A stretch of 64,000 nt of DNA. Source: a virus. The notes under the pieces are model-generated. The model was not told where the DNA came from, made no database searches, and saw only the letters and a program-made list of their open reading frames with translations. Positions 1 through 9,114 of the stretch are shown here, one piece after another; positions within the stretch are counted from its first letter, which is position 1; every line of letters begins with the position of its first letter. Position numbers and translations under genes: made by a program. The DNA is taken from IMG/VR virus record IMGVR_UViG_3300041405_000225, positions 1 to 64,000 of that record; one strand, 5' to 3'.

Positions 1-116
1 AACATCAGCTCACGCTTCCCCACCACGTCCAGGGCTCCAGCCAACTGATCCACGTCGCGCTCAAACGCCGAATCGTTTTCGTAGTCGGCGCGACTTAAAA
101 CACGCTTAACCTGCAT
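1..116 (-). CDS. Hypothetical protein, N-terminal part (runs off window)
   Basis: ATG at 116 (MQVKRVLSRADYENDSAF...), G-rich RBS, operator motif at 167-177 upstream. Confidence 0.5.
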   Translation of the reverse strand, partial: MQVKRVLSRADYENDSAFERDVDQLAGALDVVGKRELM

Positions 117-280
117 AAACGCCCCCCTCAAATCCGCTTAAAACGTCCAAAACCAGCATAAAAAACTATCCCCGGACATTACTTGTCAAGATTAACAGTT
201 AATCGCTATTGTTTTTAGCGTTATTTGAAGGGGCAGAAACACAAACGGCGCCGATCGGCGCCGCATGTATTGCGAGAGGG

Positions 281-619
281 TCAAACCCTGGCTAACAGCT
301 CAGGAACCACTTGGCCGGTATCCATGAAATACCAGTCGCTATCGGTCAAGTTGTTGATGAAGAACCGCGCCAGATCGTCTTTGGTGCTGCGCTTGATGAA
401 ACGCTGCATCTTGGGCGATGGGCCGCGCCAAGTCGGCTCAACGCCCGCGAGCTTGGCCGCAGCGAAGTTGTGGTGGCCGTCGAGCAATACCCGATACCGG
501 ACACCTATCAGCTCAACGGTTGCTGTACTGACGATGAATTGTTTGAAGGTGGTTGCCTTTCGGTGAACCTTGTTGCGGTCAAGGTAGCGCTGGGAGCTGA
601 TCAACGGCGGCAGATCCAT
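281..619 (-). CDS. ParB/Sulfiredoxin-like small protein
   Basis: VLLDGHHNFAAA motif typical of the ParB-N/Srx fold; coupled to upstream gene. Confidence 0.6.
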   Translation of the reverse strand: MDLPPLISSQRYLDRNKVHRKATTFKQFIVSTATVELIGVRYRVLLDGHHNFAAAKLAGVEPTWRGPSPKMQRFIKRSTKDDLARFFINNLTDSDWYFMDTGQVVPELLARV

Positions 620-939
620 TACCGCACCGCCTTACGCGCTGCAATCACCGCGTCAGTTCGTTCGTCCAGGTGATGCCCATTGATCACGATATTGTCCGGC
701 GTGAGGCCGGCAAACAGCCCGCCGTTGTGAATGGTGTCGATATCGGCCTCACGCAATACTTGATAGCGGTCTGCATCTTTGCGCAGCACTTCGTTTTCGG
801 CGAGTAAGGCCAAGATATCTTCAGGTTCGCATACGTCATAAAACTCGGCCAAGCGCCGGCTATGCTGAGTTTCGTCAGCGCTTTTGCTTGGATCGCAAGC
901 CAGCGCCGCGGCCTTCAGATCGGTGGTATCAATCGTCAT
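619..939 (-). CDS. Ead/Ea22-like phage protein
   Basis: IDTTDLKAAALA...PEDILALLAENEVLRKDADRY pattern common in phage early genes. Confidence 0.55.
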   Translation of the reverse strand: MTIDTTDLKAAALACDPSKSADETQHSRRLAEFYDVCEPEDILALLAENEVLRKDADRYQVLREADIDTIHNGGLFAGLTPDNIVINGHHLDERTDAVIAARKAVR

Positions 940-1352
940 GGCGCAATCTCCATTGCAGCTTGTCGCAGGGCCAGCGCATCGTGATACGCGTTATGAGGTA
1001 GCTCAGAAGGGACCGCCGCGTAACTACACAACGTCATCGTCAACGGCGGCAGAGTCATGCACTCCCCTGGCCGGACAATCATCAGCCCGCAGAAGTGCGC
1101 GATATCTTCTGGCCAGTCGGCAATCAGTTCGATCGTGCTGTACTTCGACAGGTATGCCTGTAGCTCACGCTGTAACGTTGGGCGCCCGATCGGCTCGGTA
1201 CCCAAAAAAGGCATCACGTTTTCGGCGACCCATGGCATGGGATCCTTGCAGCCCAATGACCCATAGAAGCCACAGCGATTTTCATCCACCAGCGCAATGG
1301 AAATAAGCTCACCACCGAACCCGTTGAATTCGCTATCCATCCAAATTTTCAT
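936..1352 (-). CDS. DEDDh 3'-5' exonuclease (Rv2179c-like)
   Basis: DSEF...ELISIALV, ADWPED, HNAYHDA motifs. Confidence 0.75.
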   Translation of the reverse strand: MKIWMDSEFNGFGGELISIALVDENRCGFYGSLGCKDPMPWVAENVMPFLGTEPIGRPTLQRELQAYLSKYSTIELIADWPEDIAHFCGLMIVRPGECMTLPPLTMTLCSYAAVPSELPHNAYHDALALRQAAMEIAP

Positions 1353-1963
1353 GTCGCCACCTCGATCTTTGTCACTGACCGCACAAAGACCCGCTTGTGG
1401 GTGCTGGTGCCGTCCAACGCCATCGCGGTGATGAAATAGTGGTTTCGCTGGCGGTTGTAGACGATTTCCTCACGGTCGGTACCGGCGAACAGAACCTGCC
1501 GCGCGATTGCGCACACAGGCTTACCGCCCACGGTGAAACTGAGGAAGTCTCCCGGCTGAATCTGGCCTGGCGCCAACAATGGCAGCCACTCGCTGGCCTT
1601 GGCCTGTTCTGCGCCCTGTAACGCCCGCACCAGCCGTGGGTGCAGCGCCACCACGTCAGAGTCGAGGTCTAGAACCTCATTGCGAGGGTTCAGCATTGCG
1701 CGCAGCCCTAAGACGGCGCGGCCAGAACTCCCTGCGTCATTGATCTCCAGCAGCTTGCGCAGCACGGTCTGACATGCGGCAGGATCGTCGATATCAAAGA
1801 ACGCCATATTGGCTTCCGGGTTGTCGGTCAGGCTGTCCGGCAGCCACCCTTCACGCAGGGCCTCAAAAAAGGACATCACCTGCATTACGCACTGCAAATC
1901 CTCGGCGGTGGTCATGGCCACGCGCATTCCCATCAGCAACACTTCGGATCGATGATCAGACAT
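1349..1963 (-). CDS. Hypothetical phage protein
   Basis: 204-aa ORF in coupled operon; near-consensus operator immediately upstream. Confidence 0.6.
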   Translation of the reverse strand: MSDHRSEVLLMGMRVAMTTAEDLQCVMQVMSFFEALREGWLPDSLTDNPEANMAFFDIDDPAACQTVLRKLLEINDAGSSGRAVLGLRAMLNPRNEVLDLDSDVVALHPRLVRALQGAEQAKASEWLPLLAPGQIQPGDFLSFTVGGKPVCAIARQVLFAGTDREEIVYNRQRNHYFITAMALDGTSTHKRVFVRSVTKIEVAT

Positions 1964-2033
1964 AAAAAAATCCCCGTACAAAACGAGGATCATTAAACAA
2001 TAATTTTATAATGTTTTCGACGGTTTCTGAGCC

Positions 2034-3392
2034 CTATTCCGCGAACGGCTCCCCGTAGGCGTCCAGACCGTTGTCGTTGAGGTGCTGGCGACCTTTCTCG
2101 CTCAGGAAATAGATGCCCTCGGCAACGTCGACCATCGACAGCGCCAGCAATGTCGTCAGGGCATCCTGATCGGCGATCTCATCCTCGGAAGCGGCTGACG
2201 TCTTGGCGATCGCCACCAGCTGGTCCAGGGCTCTGTCATCCATCTGGCGTTCGCTGGCACTGTCGAGCATCGCAATGGCAGCCCGGAAAGACTTGGCCAT
2301 GTGCAGCTGAAGCCGCGCTTGTTCAATCTTGCCCTCTGCCAGACTGATCGGGCCGTTATTCTCGACGGTATCTAAAGCTATCTTAAGATATCCTTTTGCG
2401 CCGTCGGTCGAGGCTGCATCGAGCATCACGCCCAGTGCCGCCGTCAGTTCCCTGGCGGCTACGTAGGAGCTGGCCAGCGACATGACTCCAGCGTCAGAGG
2501 TCGGCAGCGGTTCTTTGTACACGTCCATGGTTTCGATTGTCTGCGGACGATCGGCGCTGTCCATCATCGCGCCGCTGATGCCGCTAACGAAAATCGAATC
2601 AACGTCATGCAGCACCGCGTAAATCGTCTGCCCGCTTTCCGCGTCCTGCCTTACCGGCAACGCAACAGAGTAAAAGACCTTCGGCGCACTGAACTTCACT
2701 GCCACCACTACGCCAATGACATCGAACGGCGAACCGTCGGCCAGGGTGATGTTCAGACGGACTTTCCCGGCAACGCTTTCGGCAGACGGCAGAATGCTCG
2801 CGGTTGTTTTGTCGACGAACACCTGATCAACTAGCTTGAACCCAAGCCACGAGATCCCATCGGGAAGCATCGTTAGGTTTGGCTCAACGCTATCAATCAT
2901 CGCCCCCACGCCGAGTTTCGATTGCAGGTCGACGATAGTGGCTTTGCGCTCACTGATCTGCGCGTCCAGCTCACTCACCTGCTGCACCAAGGCATCGACT
3001 TGTTTTGGTTTAGTGGTAGTCATTCCCTTGGGCAACGCAATCGCTTTACGGGCCTGCGCCTTCTGGAATGCCCCCTGATTCTTTTCGGCCAGGCTCGCAA
3101 TTTCAGCGATCGCTTTGTCAGTGTCGGCGTGTTCCTTGAGGGGTTTGACCGAACCGTTGAGCAGCACCTGATAGATATCGCCTGTGCCATTGACCCGCAA
3201 CGTGATCAGCTGACCACTGGCAAGCGTGATGAACGCTTCTCTGTAGGTCGTATCGGAACTGCGGCGAGGTTTTTGATTGAATTCAGAGGAAACAACGGAT
3301 TGACCAGCACGCCCCAGCTGCTGAGTGATCTTTTGAAGTGCCTTTTCAGCGCCGGCAGGCGAAGAGAAGTCCAAGGTATTGGTTTTCGGCAT
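2034..3392 (-). CDS. DarA/Hdf-like head-associated antirestriction protein
   Basis: N-terminus (LASGQLITLRVNGTGDIYQVLLNG) resembles the DarA N-terminal domain; coiled coil; several M(L/I/M)D motifs; late promoter upstream. Confidence 0.65.
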   Translation of the reverse strand: MPKTNTLDFSSPAGAEKALQKITQQLGRAGQSVVSSEFNQKPRRSSDTTYREAFITLASGQLITLRVNGTGDIYQVLLNGSVKPLKEHADTDKAIAEIASLAEKNQGAFQKAQARKAIALPKGMTTTKPKQVDALVQQVSELDAQISERKATIVDLQSKLGVGAMIDSVEPNLTMLPDGISWLGFKLVDQVFVDKTTASILPSAESVAGKVRLNITLADGSPFDVIGVVVAVKFSAPKVFYSVALPVRQDAESGQTIYAVLHDVDSIFVSGISGAMMDSADRPQTIETMDVYKEPLPTSDAGVMSLASSYVAARELTAALGVMLDAASTDGAKGYLKIALDTVENNGPISLAEGKIEQARLQLHMAKSFRAAIAMLDSASERQMDDRALDQLVAIAKTSAASEDEIADQDALTTLLALSMVDVAEGIYFLSEKGRQHLNDNGLDAYGEPFAE

Positions 3393-3427
3393 GGCGGGGA
3401 ATCTCGGCGAGTGTGGTAATACGCGCC

Positions 3428-3469
3428 ATTTTGAAGCGGAAAAGCCCGGGCGAAATGTGGCGCTTTGCG
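3428..3469 (-). promoter_or_regulatory. Late promoter (CGCAAAG-N29-CAAAAT) of darA-like gene
   Basis: Member of 9-copy motif family with fixed 29-nt spacing. Confidence 0.6.
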
Positions 3470-3483
3470 CCGCAACCCCTCCC

Positions 3484-3522
3484 GCTTGCCTGTTCTTTCG
3501 CTGCGCTTCAGAACAGGCAAGC
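3484..3522. repeat. Perfect 13-bp inverted repeat GCTTGCCTGTTCT/AGAACAGGCAAGC
   Basis: Seen directly; no U-tract on either side, so may be a processing stem or 3' hairpin of the upstream RNA. Confidence 0.8.
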
Positions 3523-3526
3523 CCTC

Positions 3527-4114
3527 CCGGCCCCGTAAAGGTTTCGAGTGGTCCGCCTTGCTACTCACTTTCGGAAGAATCGGCGAGATTCCTGCCCCCA
3601 TTGCCCGCTGAGTAGACACTTCATAGACCTGCTGCATTACCGGACCTTATCCTGCTGGATGGTCCCCGCGGCGTTTTTAACGTGGTGCCGGTCTATTCCC
3701 CTTGCCCACATGGTAAAGCCCCCAGGTTGCGAGCCTGGGAAGGCGTGAAGCGCGTCGCACGGTCGGCCCTGTGCAATGAATCCCCATTGGGCCGTACAGT
3801 CGCAAAAGTGGGTAACAAACGCTTGATATCCAACCCCACCAATCGCATACGCTTACGTCCATTTTGCGCGCACGAAAACAACTCGGGCGCGCAAAAAAGC
3901 GCGACTGCTCGATGAGTTGAGGGGGCGGACCTGTAGACATTGGAGCTCATTCGCGCCAAAATTGGGCCTACAGAGTCGAGCATCCCGGCCGCCACAGCAG
4001 AGATTCCCCTCGACTCCAGGCTAAGGGAGTTTGCACCTCCGCGTAGCCCTTCAAGACCCGCTTATAGCGGGTCTTGTCGTATCTGACGCGCAGAATACTC
4101 GTGAAAATGACCGG
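3527..4114 (-). ncRNA. Putative ~590-nt highly structured non-coding RNA of unknown family
   Basis: More than 12 nested helices, pairing 5'/3' ends, G-U pairs mostly compatible with - strand, promoter with LexA box directly upstream. Confidence 0.6.
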
Positions 4115-4120
4115 CGCGCT

Positions 4121-4156
4121 ATAGTGGCAATTTGTACAGCCTGTATGTAACAACAG
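4121..4156 (-). promoter_or_regulatory. Sigma70-type promoter (TTACAT-N18-CACTAT, extended TG) overlapped by LexA box CTGTATGTAACAACAG (4141-4156)
   Basis: Perfect CTGT-N8-ACAG over the -35; predicted +1 near 4114. Confidence 0.7.
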
Positions 4157-4169
4157 TTTTATCCATAAA

Positions 4170-4180
4170 TATCCCCGGAC
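4170..4180 (-). promoter_or_regulatory. Phage operator-like motif GTCCGGGGATA
   Basis: One of 8 exact GTMCGGGGATA copies (167, 4170, 22358, 26303, 30155, 46419, 48905, 51040). Confidence 0.7.
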
Positions 4181-4258
4181 ATTGCGCCTCTCTACAGCCC
4201 CCATACTGCGGGCTCTCCCGACAGACGGTAGTACGCTGCCGGAAAAACAAAACCTCGA

Positions 4259-4807
4259 CTATGACGGCAGCGGCGGACTGGTCTGGCCGTTCAAACTGTC
4301 GCGATGCGGGTGCTCTTGAACGCTGATGCCATCGCTGGTGATGTCGCCACCGGTCTGCGTCACAGCCCCTTTAATCGTTACCGTCGCCTCAATACCAAGG
4401 GCCGTGGCGATCTGCTTGATTGAATCAGGCGTCAGGGTGATGGACGTCCCGCCCACAACCAGGGCGATTTTGGCACCCGCGTTCACGGTAAACACTTCGT
4501 CGGCGTTGAATTCAAAGTTGTCGTGATTCCAGCGCCGGGTGCTCTGTTCGTTTCCGATGTTCACCGCGCGGTTACCGACAATGATCGGATAGCGCTCATC
4601 ACCACCACGAAACGCCAGCCAGACCGGCATACCCGGCACCATTCGGATTTCGGTACCGCGCGAGTCGTCGCCCATTGGGTAGGACATTTCTGCGATCGGC
4701 CATTCGCTGGCGCCGTCGGTGTACGGGGAGAACGAAACGCGAATCTCCCGGCGCTCCCGGTTGTCCGTGACCGCCTCCACAAAGCCAGGCAGGTAATTAG
4801 GCAGCAT
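4259..4807 (-). CDS. Baseplate spike protein (gpV/gp5-like)
   Basis: OB-fold VWLAFRGGDERYPIIVG, beta-helix repeats, C-terminal GISVQEHPH metal-binding tip. Confidence 0.8.
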   Translation of the reverse strand: MLPNYLPGFVEAVTDNRERREIRVSFSPYTDGASEWPIAEMSYPMGDDSRGTEIRMVPGMPVWLAFRGGDERYPIIVGNRAVNIGNEQSTRRWNHDNFEFNADEVFTVNAGAKIALVVGGTSITLTPDSIKQIATALGIEATVTIKGAVTQTGGDITSDGISVQEHPHRDSLNGQTSPPLPS

Positions 4808-5696
4808 TGACCAAGCTCCCAAGCCACAAGCGACTGTAGCTCTCCATGGCGCCCGTCTTCTGGATCGCGGCATGGGCGGCAGTGATGACCACCAGGTTCT
4901 CCCCGCCCACCGTCAGCACATGGCCAGCCTGGATTTGCTGGCACTGCTGAGAGTCGACGGTTTTACTACGCACCAGCACGCAAGACGCGTTGCGCAGCTG
5001 ACGCTGATCGCCCCGCGGCATATAGCTGATCACACGGGACTCTCCCATTTGCCCAGTAACGATCGCGCCGGTGTCATCCACGCTGTAGAAGCTCGGGATC
5101 TGCTGAAGCTCAAGAAACTCGCTGTCGATCTTCGCGCTTGAGTCCACTTGGCCAATGTCGTCGACGGGTGCCTGCTTGGCGATATCGGTAAGGCGCATAA
5201 CCTGCAACTTCCCGCCGATCATCACCAAAGCGGCTCCCTCTTCCTGCAACACCCTGGCCACGCTGTAGCTGGGCTGGCGCCCACGAAAGCAAGTGAATCG
5301 CGGTACCGCGAAGTCGCTGCCAATGCGCAGGAACGCGCCACAGCTTCGCAGCACATTGGAAAACGGGGTGTCGCGCAGAACCACGGCCTGCGCCAGCGGT
5401 TCGGCCAATGGTGCGCAGCTGGCCAGCAAGGCGATAACACTCATCGCCTGTTGCTGGTTTTTGCCCTGAACCTCACCCTTCGGCGGCTCCTTGTGGGTTT
5501 TAACGATCTTGTACGGGAGATTTTCCCGGCCAGACCAAACAATGGTGCCGCGCTTAAGCTTGGCTTCCACGCCATCGATCAGCTTCACCGTGAATTCCAG
5601 GCTGCGCGGTACCGGCGTAAGGTCCGATCGGTTCACCCAGCGAATCACCACGTCCGTGGGCAGCTGATCACCGCTTTCACTCAGGTAGACGTTCAT
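4797..5696 (-). CDS. Baseplate hub-like tail protein
   Basis: 299 aa, directly upstream of spike as in P1-like tail operons. Confidence 0.55.
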   Translation of the reverse strand: MNVYLSESGDQLPTDVVIRWVNRSDLTPVPRSLEFTVKLIDGVEAKLKRGTIVWSGRENLPYKIVKTHKEPPKGEVQGKNQQQAMSVIALLASCAPLAEPLAQAVVLRDTPFSNVLRSCGAFLRIGSDFAVPRFTCFRGRQPSYSVARVLQEEGAALVMIGGKLQVMRLTDIAKQAPVDDIGQVDSSAKIDSEFLELQQIPSFYSVDDTGAIVTGQMGESRVISYMPRGDQRQLRNASCVLVRSKTVDSQQCQQIQAGHVLTVGGENLVVITAAHAAIQKTGAMESYSRLWLGSLVNAA

Positions 5697-6438
5697 CGCC
5701 GTCCACCAATTCTGTGAAGTTGTGGCCCATGCGCTGGCGGACGTGCAACTTGCTCACCACCGGGTAGCCTGGCGGAATGTTGGTGGTGCCGTCGTTCGGC
5801 TCGCCCTCGCCCGGGGCGCGCAGAATCGGCACCACACACTTGAGCGCCACGTCGGCGGCCAGAATCTTCATGTTCTTCTGGTCAGTCTCAACCCGCATCC
5901 AGTCGATACGCTTCGTCTCCAACTGCATCGGCGCCGGGATGTCGTACTGACCAAACGTGTATTTGGCATCCATGTAGCGGTGATGCGGTTCCTGCATGTA
6001 GGCGCTGAGCTGCGCCGCCAGCGACTTGGCGGTATCCCCGTCGCTGGCGATGATCACCACCTGGATACGCCGATCGTGCATGTCTTGGCGGTAGTCGTAC
6101 CACGATCCCCCTTCATGGATCTGCACACGCTCGAAACCCGTGTGGTGACCGCCCCAGTCGGCGCCGGTACCCAAGAAGTCATCATCGGTCGCAAGCAGAA
6201 TAACCGGTAGCTTGGTGGTGGCGCCGGGCGGGCCGTTCTCGTTTTTGCGGTACTGCGCAAGCATTGACTCAACCTTATCCAGCATGCGCGACGGCGCCCA
6301 CTGCATCACTTGTGCAGGGCGCCGCGATCGAAACTCTTTGAGCGCAGCCGTATCGGTGTACAGCTTGTTAAACCAGTCGAGCAGGTACCACCCGAAGGCT
6401 TCCTTCTGCTGGATAAAGCTGCCGTTCATTTCAGCCAT
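5677..6438 (-). CDS. Tail completion/stability protein (P1-like)
   Basis: Synteny in tail operon; LPVILLA motif. Confidence 0.5.
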   Translation of the reverse strand: MAEMNGSFIQQKEAFGWYLLDWFNKLYTDTAALKEFRSRRPAQVMQWAPSRMLDKVESMLAQYRKNENGPPGATTKLPVILLATDDDFLGTGADWGGHHTGFERVQIHEGGSWYDYRQDMHDRRIQVVIIASDGDTAKSLAAQLSAYMQEPHHRYMDAKYTFGQYDIPAPMQLETKRIDWMRVETDQKNMKILAADVALKCVVPILRAPGEGEPNDGTTNIPPGYPVVSKLHVRQRMGHNFTELVDGDERLPE

Positions 6439-6439
6439 G

Positions 6440-6943
6440 TCAAACCTCTTTAGGCCGCATCGAGCAGCGAACAAGCAGCGACGGCGGATGACCTGACGTC
6501 TGTGCGGCGGCGGGCAGCATCCACAGGTGCTGGGGCGTAATGCGTGCCCCCAGCTCTGGACGGAGCAAAGGCGCTTGGCACTCGCTGAATGCCCACGCTA
6601 CGAACTCGGAACAGAAGAACCGATCTTTCGATTGCAGTCGCTTGGAGTGCAGCAAGATGCCCAGCAGCCCCACGTAGTCATAGCCGGCGCCCAACTTGCT
6701 CAGCGCGGTGTTTTTGATCGCCTGTGCGTCCTTGCATGGGAAGCTGACAAGGGCGGCGTAGCTAGATTTCTCCAGGCGCTCCTTGAGCGGCGTCAACGTG
6801 ACGCCTCCCAGCATGTTGGCGCCAATCACCTGGTCGCCAATCACAATTTCGACGTGACTGAAGGCTGACCAAGTGATCCCCCGAATCAGTAGGCTGCCGA
6901 TCATGCGGCGACGGGTGAACAGCAGCTGTACCGATTGCATCAT
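6440..6943 (-). CDS. Permuted papain-like NlpC/P60 amidase (YiiX/YaeF family)
   Basis: FSHVEI...GAGYD...FFCSEFVAWAF...ITPQHL motifs (His before Cys). Confidence 0.8.
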   Translation of the reverse strand: MMQSVQLLFTRRRMIGSLLIRGITWSAFSHVEIVIGDQVIGANMLGGVTLTPLKERLEKSSYAALVSFPCKDAQAIKNTALSKLGAGYDYVGLLGILLHSKRLQSKDRFFCSEFVAWAFSECQAPLLRPELGARITPQHLWMLPAAAQTSGHPPSLLVRCSMRPKEV

Positions 6944-7782
6944 TGCGGGGCTTCCTCTTCAGGTTCTGGCGCAGGATCTGGCGCCGGCTCTTCAGGAGGA
7001 ATTGTCTCAGGGTCTACAGGCTGGATTTCTGCCGACTCTGCATAGGTTTGAGGCCAGCCGGCAGTGTAGTCGTAGGCGCTAGGATCTTCGGCGGCGCGCA
7101 TAGCAGCGTTGTGCTGCTCGGCCACCTTGAAGATCGCCATGTCGGAGCGGGTGACCGCCGCCACCACGTCGAAAGCGAGCTGTGCGGTCACAGGCACAAA
7201 CGAGCCGTCTAGCATTTTCCACACGATTGGCTGGCCATCGCTGTCATGCAGGGCGCTTGCCATCGAGCCGCCAGCGACCAGGGTGTCGCGAGCGTTGTCC
7301 TTCAAACCCAGCCACTGGCTACGGCTGAACAGGTCGGAATGCACCCATTCGTTACCAACCTTAAACCCGGCCTCCTTGCGACGGTCGCGGTCAGCCTTGA
7401 TCAGCTCCCAGGCTTGCGCCTCGGCTTCGGCGTGAAGCTGAGCCACCAGTTCGGCGCTGACTTCCCATAGGCCATTGCTCCAGGCATGGGCTGGTGATGG
7501 GCGCGGCTCGCTGGTCAAGCCTGCGGGCAGCTCGCCCAACTCGTTGTGTTCCTGCGCCTCGCCGGAAGCGGTGCTGTAGACCGTGCCGCGATTGTCCGGT
7601 AACTGCCCCGGCTCCCCATCGATCAGCGCCCACACCATGCCTTCATCTGGCGGCAGTAACTGCCCCGGCAACTCAATGGCATCGTCAGGCAATTGAATGC
7701 CCACACCTGGCACGATAGGAAGCGTCACAGGCCCGGACAGGGCGCCACACGCAGCAATAAGATAAATTGCACTCATAGACAC
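6940..7782 (-). CDS. Tail fibre assembly-like protein (Tfa/DUF4376-like)
   Basis: PDNRGTVYST, LGELPAGLT..PRPSPAHAW, IKADRDRR, IVWKMLDGSFV motifs. Confidence 0.7.
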   Translation of the reverse strand: MSMSAIYLIAACGALSGPVTLPIVPGVGIQLPDDAIELPGQLLPPDEGMVWALIDGEPGQLPDNRGTVYSTASGEAQEHNELGELPAGLTSEPRPSPAHAWSNGLWEVSAELVAQLHAEAEAQAWELIKADRDRRKEAGFKVGNEWVHSDLFSRSQWLGLKDNARDTLVAGGSMASALHDSDGQPIVWKMLDGSFVPVTAQLAFDVVAAVTRSDMAIFKVAEQHNAAMRAAEDPSAYDYTAGWPQTYAESAEIQPVDPETIPPEEPAPDPAPEPEEEAPQ

Positions 7783-7783
7783 C

Positions 7784-8668
7784 TCAGATCAGTTTCAGTC
7801 GGCCGGGATAGGCAATGTTGCGCGGCCTTGTAATGCCACCTACAGGCGAAGCTACTGCGAGCAGTCCCGTAGTCGAATAGCTGAGGGTGCTACCCGTGTA
7901 ATCCGCTGGAACCAGAAGAGGGTCAGCCCCAATAGTTCCGAGTGTTCCGCGAACCACGTCGACACTCGCGCCGCCACCAGAGTCATCGAAGGCGGCAAGC
8001 GTACCTTTCTGCCAGCTGCCCGCCACGCGAGCGGAATCAATCCCGCGCGACTCATCGAGCACCCGAACAAACTCGCCGCGTCCCTCGGGACTACGGAAGG
8101 TCAAAGCACCGTCGCCAGAGGTCCACATACCCTCTTTGCCAGTGCGCAACGCTTCAGTGGTCAGCATCCCCGACGCCTGCGCGTGATCCCACGCCCACGG
8201 CCATTCCGCGCGGTTGTAGACAAAGCCGTTATGGCCAACCCAACCACCCGGCGAGAACGCGGTGGTTGTTTCAAACACCGGACGCCCTAGCGGCGTGGCG
8301 TCCAAACGGTCAAGAACACGCCAGTTGCCATTGCCATCACTACGCAAGTGCCAGAAGTCACCAGCGCCCATCAGCACAAAGAAGGGATAGCCTTCGGGGC
8401 GTAGATGCGTGTGGAAAAGGATTTTTTCTGCGCCACTGGCCTGAACCACCAGGCGGTTGCCGCCGTTGTCCACGCGCTGCACACGGACATCCATCGCGCG
8501 GTTCGCTGGCGGCAACGTAAGGGCGAACCCCGCCGCTGTAGCGTCTACCAGTAGAAAACCCGTCTCGCTGGCGGTGAGCACCTTGGCTGCGGTGATAACG
8601 GCGTTATTCATCCCGCGCATGGCGAGCAGGCCGCTCTCGATATCGGCTAAATCATCGGCGCGACTCAT
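7784..8668 (-). CDS. Second tail fibre-like protein with collar domain
   Basis: TFRSPEGRGEFVRVLDESRGID...GSWQ...TRPRNIA collar motifs; no baseplate-anchor N-terminus. Confidence 0.7.
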   Translation of the reverse strand: MSRADDLADIESGLLAMRGMNNAVITAAKVLTASETGFLLVDATAAGFALTLPPANRAMDVRVQRVDNGGNRLVVQASGAEKILFHTHLRPEGYPFFVLMGAGDFWHLRSDGNGNWRVLDRLDATPLGRPVFETTTAFSPGGWVGHNGFVYNRAEWPWAWDHAQASGMLTTEALRTGKEGMWTSGDGALTFRSPEGRGEFVRVLDESRGIDSARVAGSWQKGTLAAFDDSGGGASVDVVRGTLGTIGADPLLVPADYTGSTLSYSTTGLLAVASPVGGITRPRNIAYPGRLKLI

Positions 8669-9105
8669 TGATCACCCTCTTGTGTTTGGGGGAGCCATTC
8701 AGGCGGGGTAGGACGTTTTTTGGAGTTAGGGAAGTCCGGCGATTGCGGCCAATCACGCAGGGCCTGCACGTAAATCAGCAGCTCGTTGAATTGCTCGGCT
8801 GTCAGGTTGGTCGGCTCTGAAATTTCCAACTGATCACGGTGACGCTCGCGCAACCACATCACCGCCGACAGCGTGCCCTCTCGCCATTGGCGCTCGATGC
8901 CGGCAAGCGTCTCACTGTCAGGTGGAAGGGTATCGACCAGCACAGGCCGCCCCTCGGCATCATGGCCGCGCACCTTCCCGGGAACGGGGTTGGCAATTAC
9001 CGATAGATAGATCTCCTCGGAGATTGGCACCGCGTCGGCGGGCATATTGTCGCCATGGACACTACGCAAATAGGTGCAGCCCGTTTCTTTACTGTAAAAA
9101 CGCAT
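8665..9105 (-). CDS. Tail fibre assembly chaperone
   Basis: YVQALRDWPQSPDFP...RPTPPEWL motif. Confidence 0.8.
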   Translation of the reverse strand: MRFYSKETGCTYLRSVHGDNMPADAVPISEEIYLSVIANPVPGKVRGHDAEGRPVLVDTLPPDSETLAGIERQWREGTLSAVMWLRERHRDQLEISEPTNLTAEQFNELLIYVQALRDWPQSPDFPNSKKRPTPPEWLPQTQEGDQ

Positions 9106-9114
9106 AAGTCCCCC

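Noticed and set aside
3693-3995. 100-aa - strand ORF (MAAGMLDS...) inside the structured region, containing an MLDS motif
   Set aside because: GTG start and RBS are buried in a strong stem, the sequence resembles no family I know, and MLDS coincides with a helix arm; probably chance, though a dual-function RNA cannot be excluded
3527-4114. Identification as tmRNA, RNase P RNA, group I/II intron or retron msr-msd
   Set aside because: No tRNA-like GGGG...CCA ends, no GAGGAAAGUCC, no group I P7 or group II domain V consensus, and no reverse transcriptase in the window
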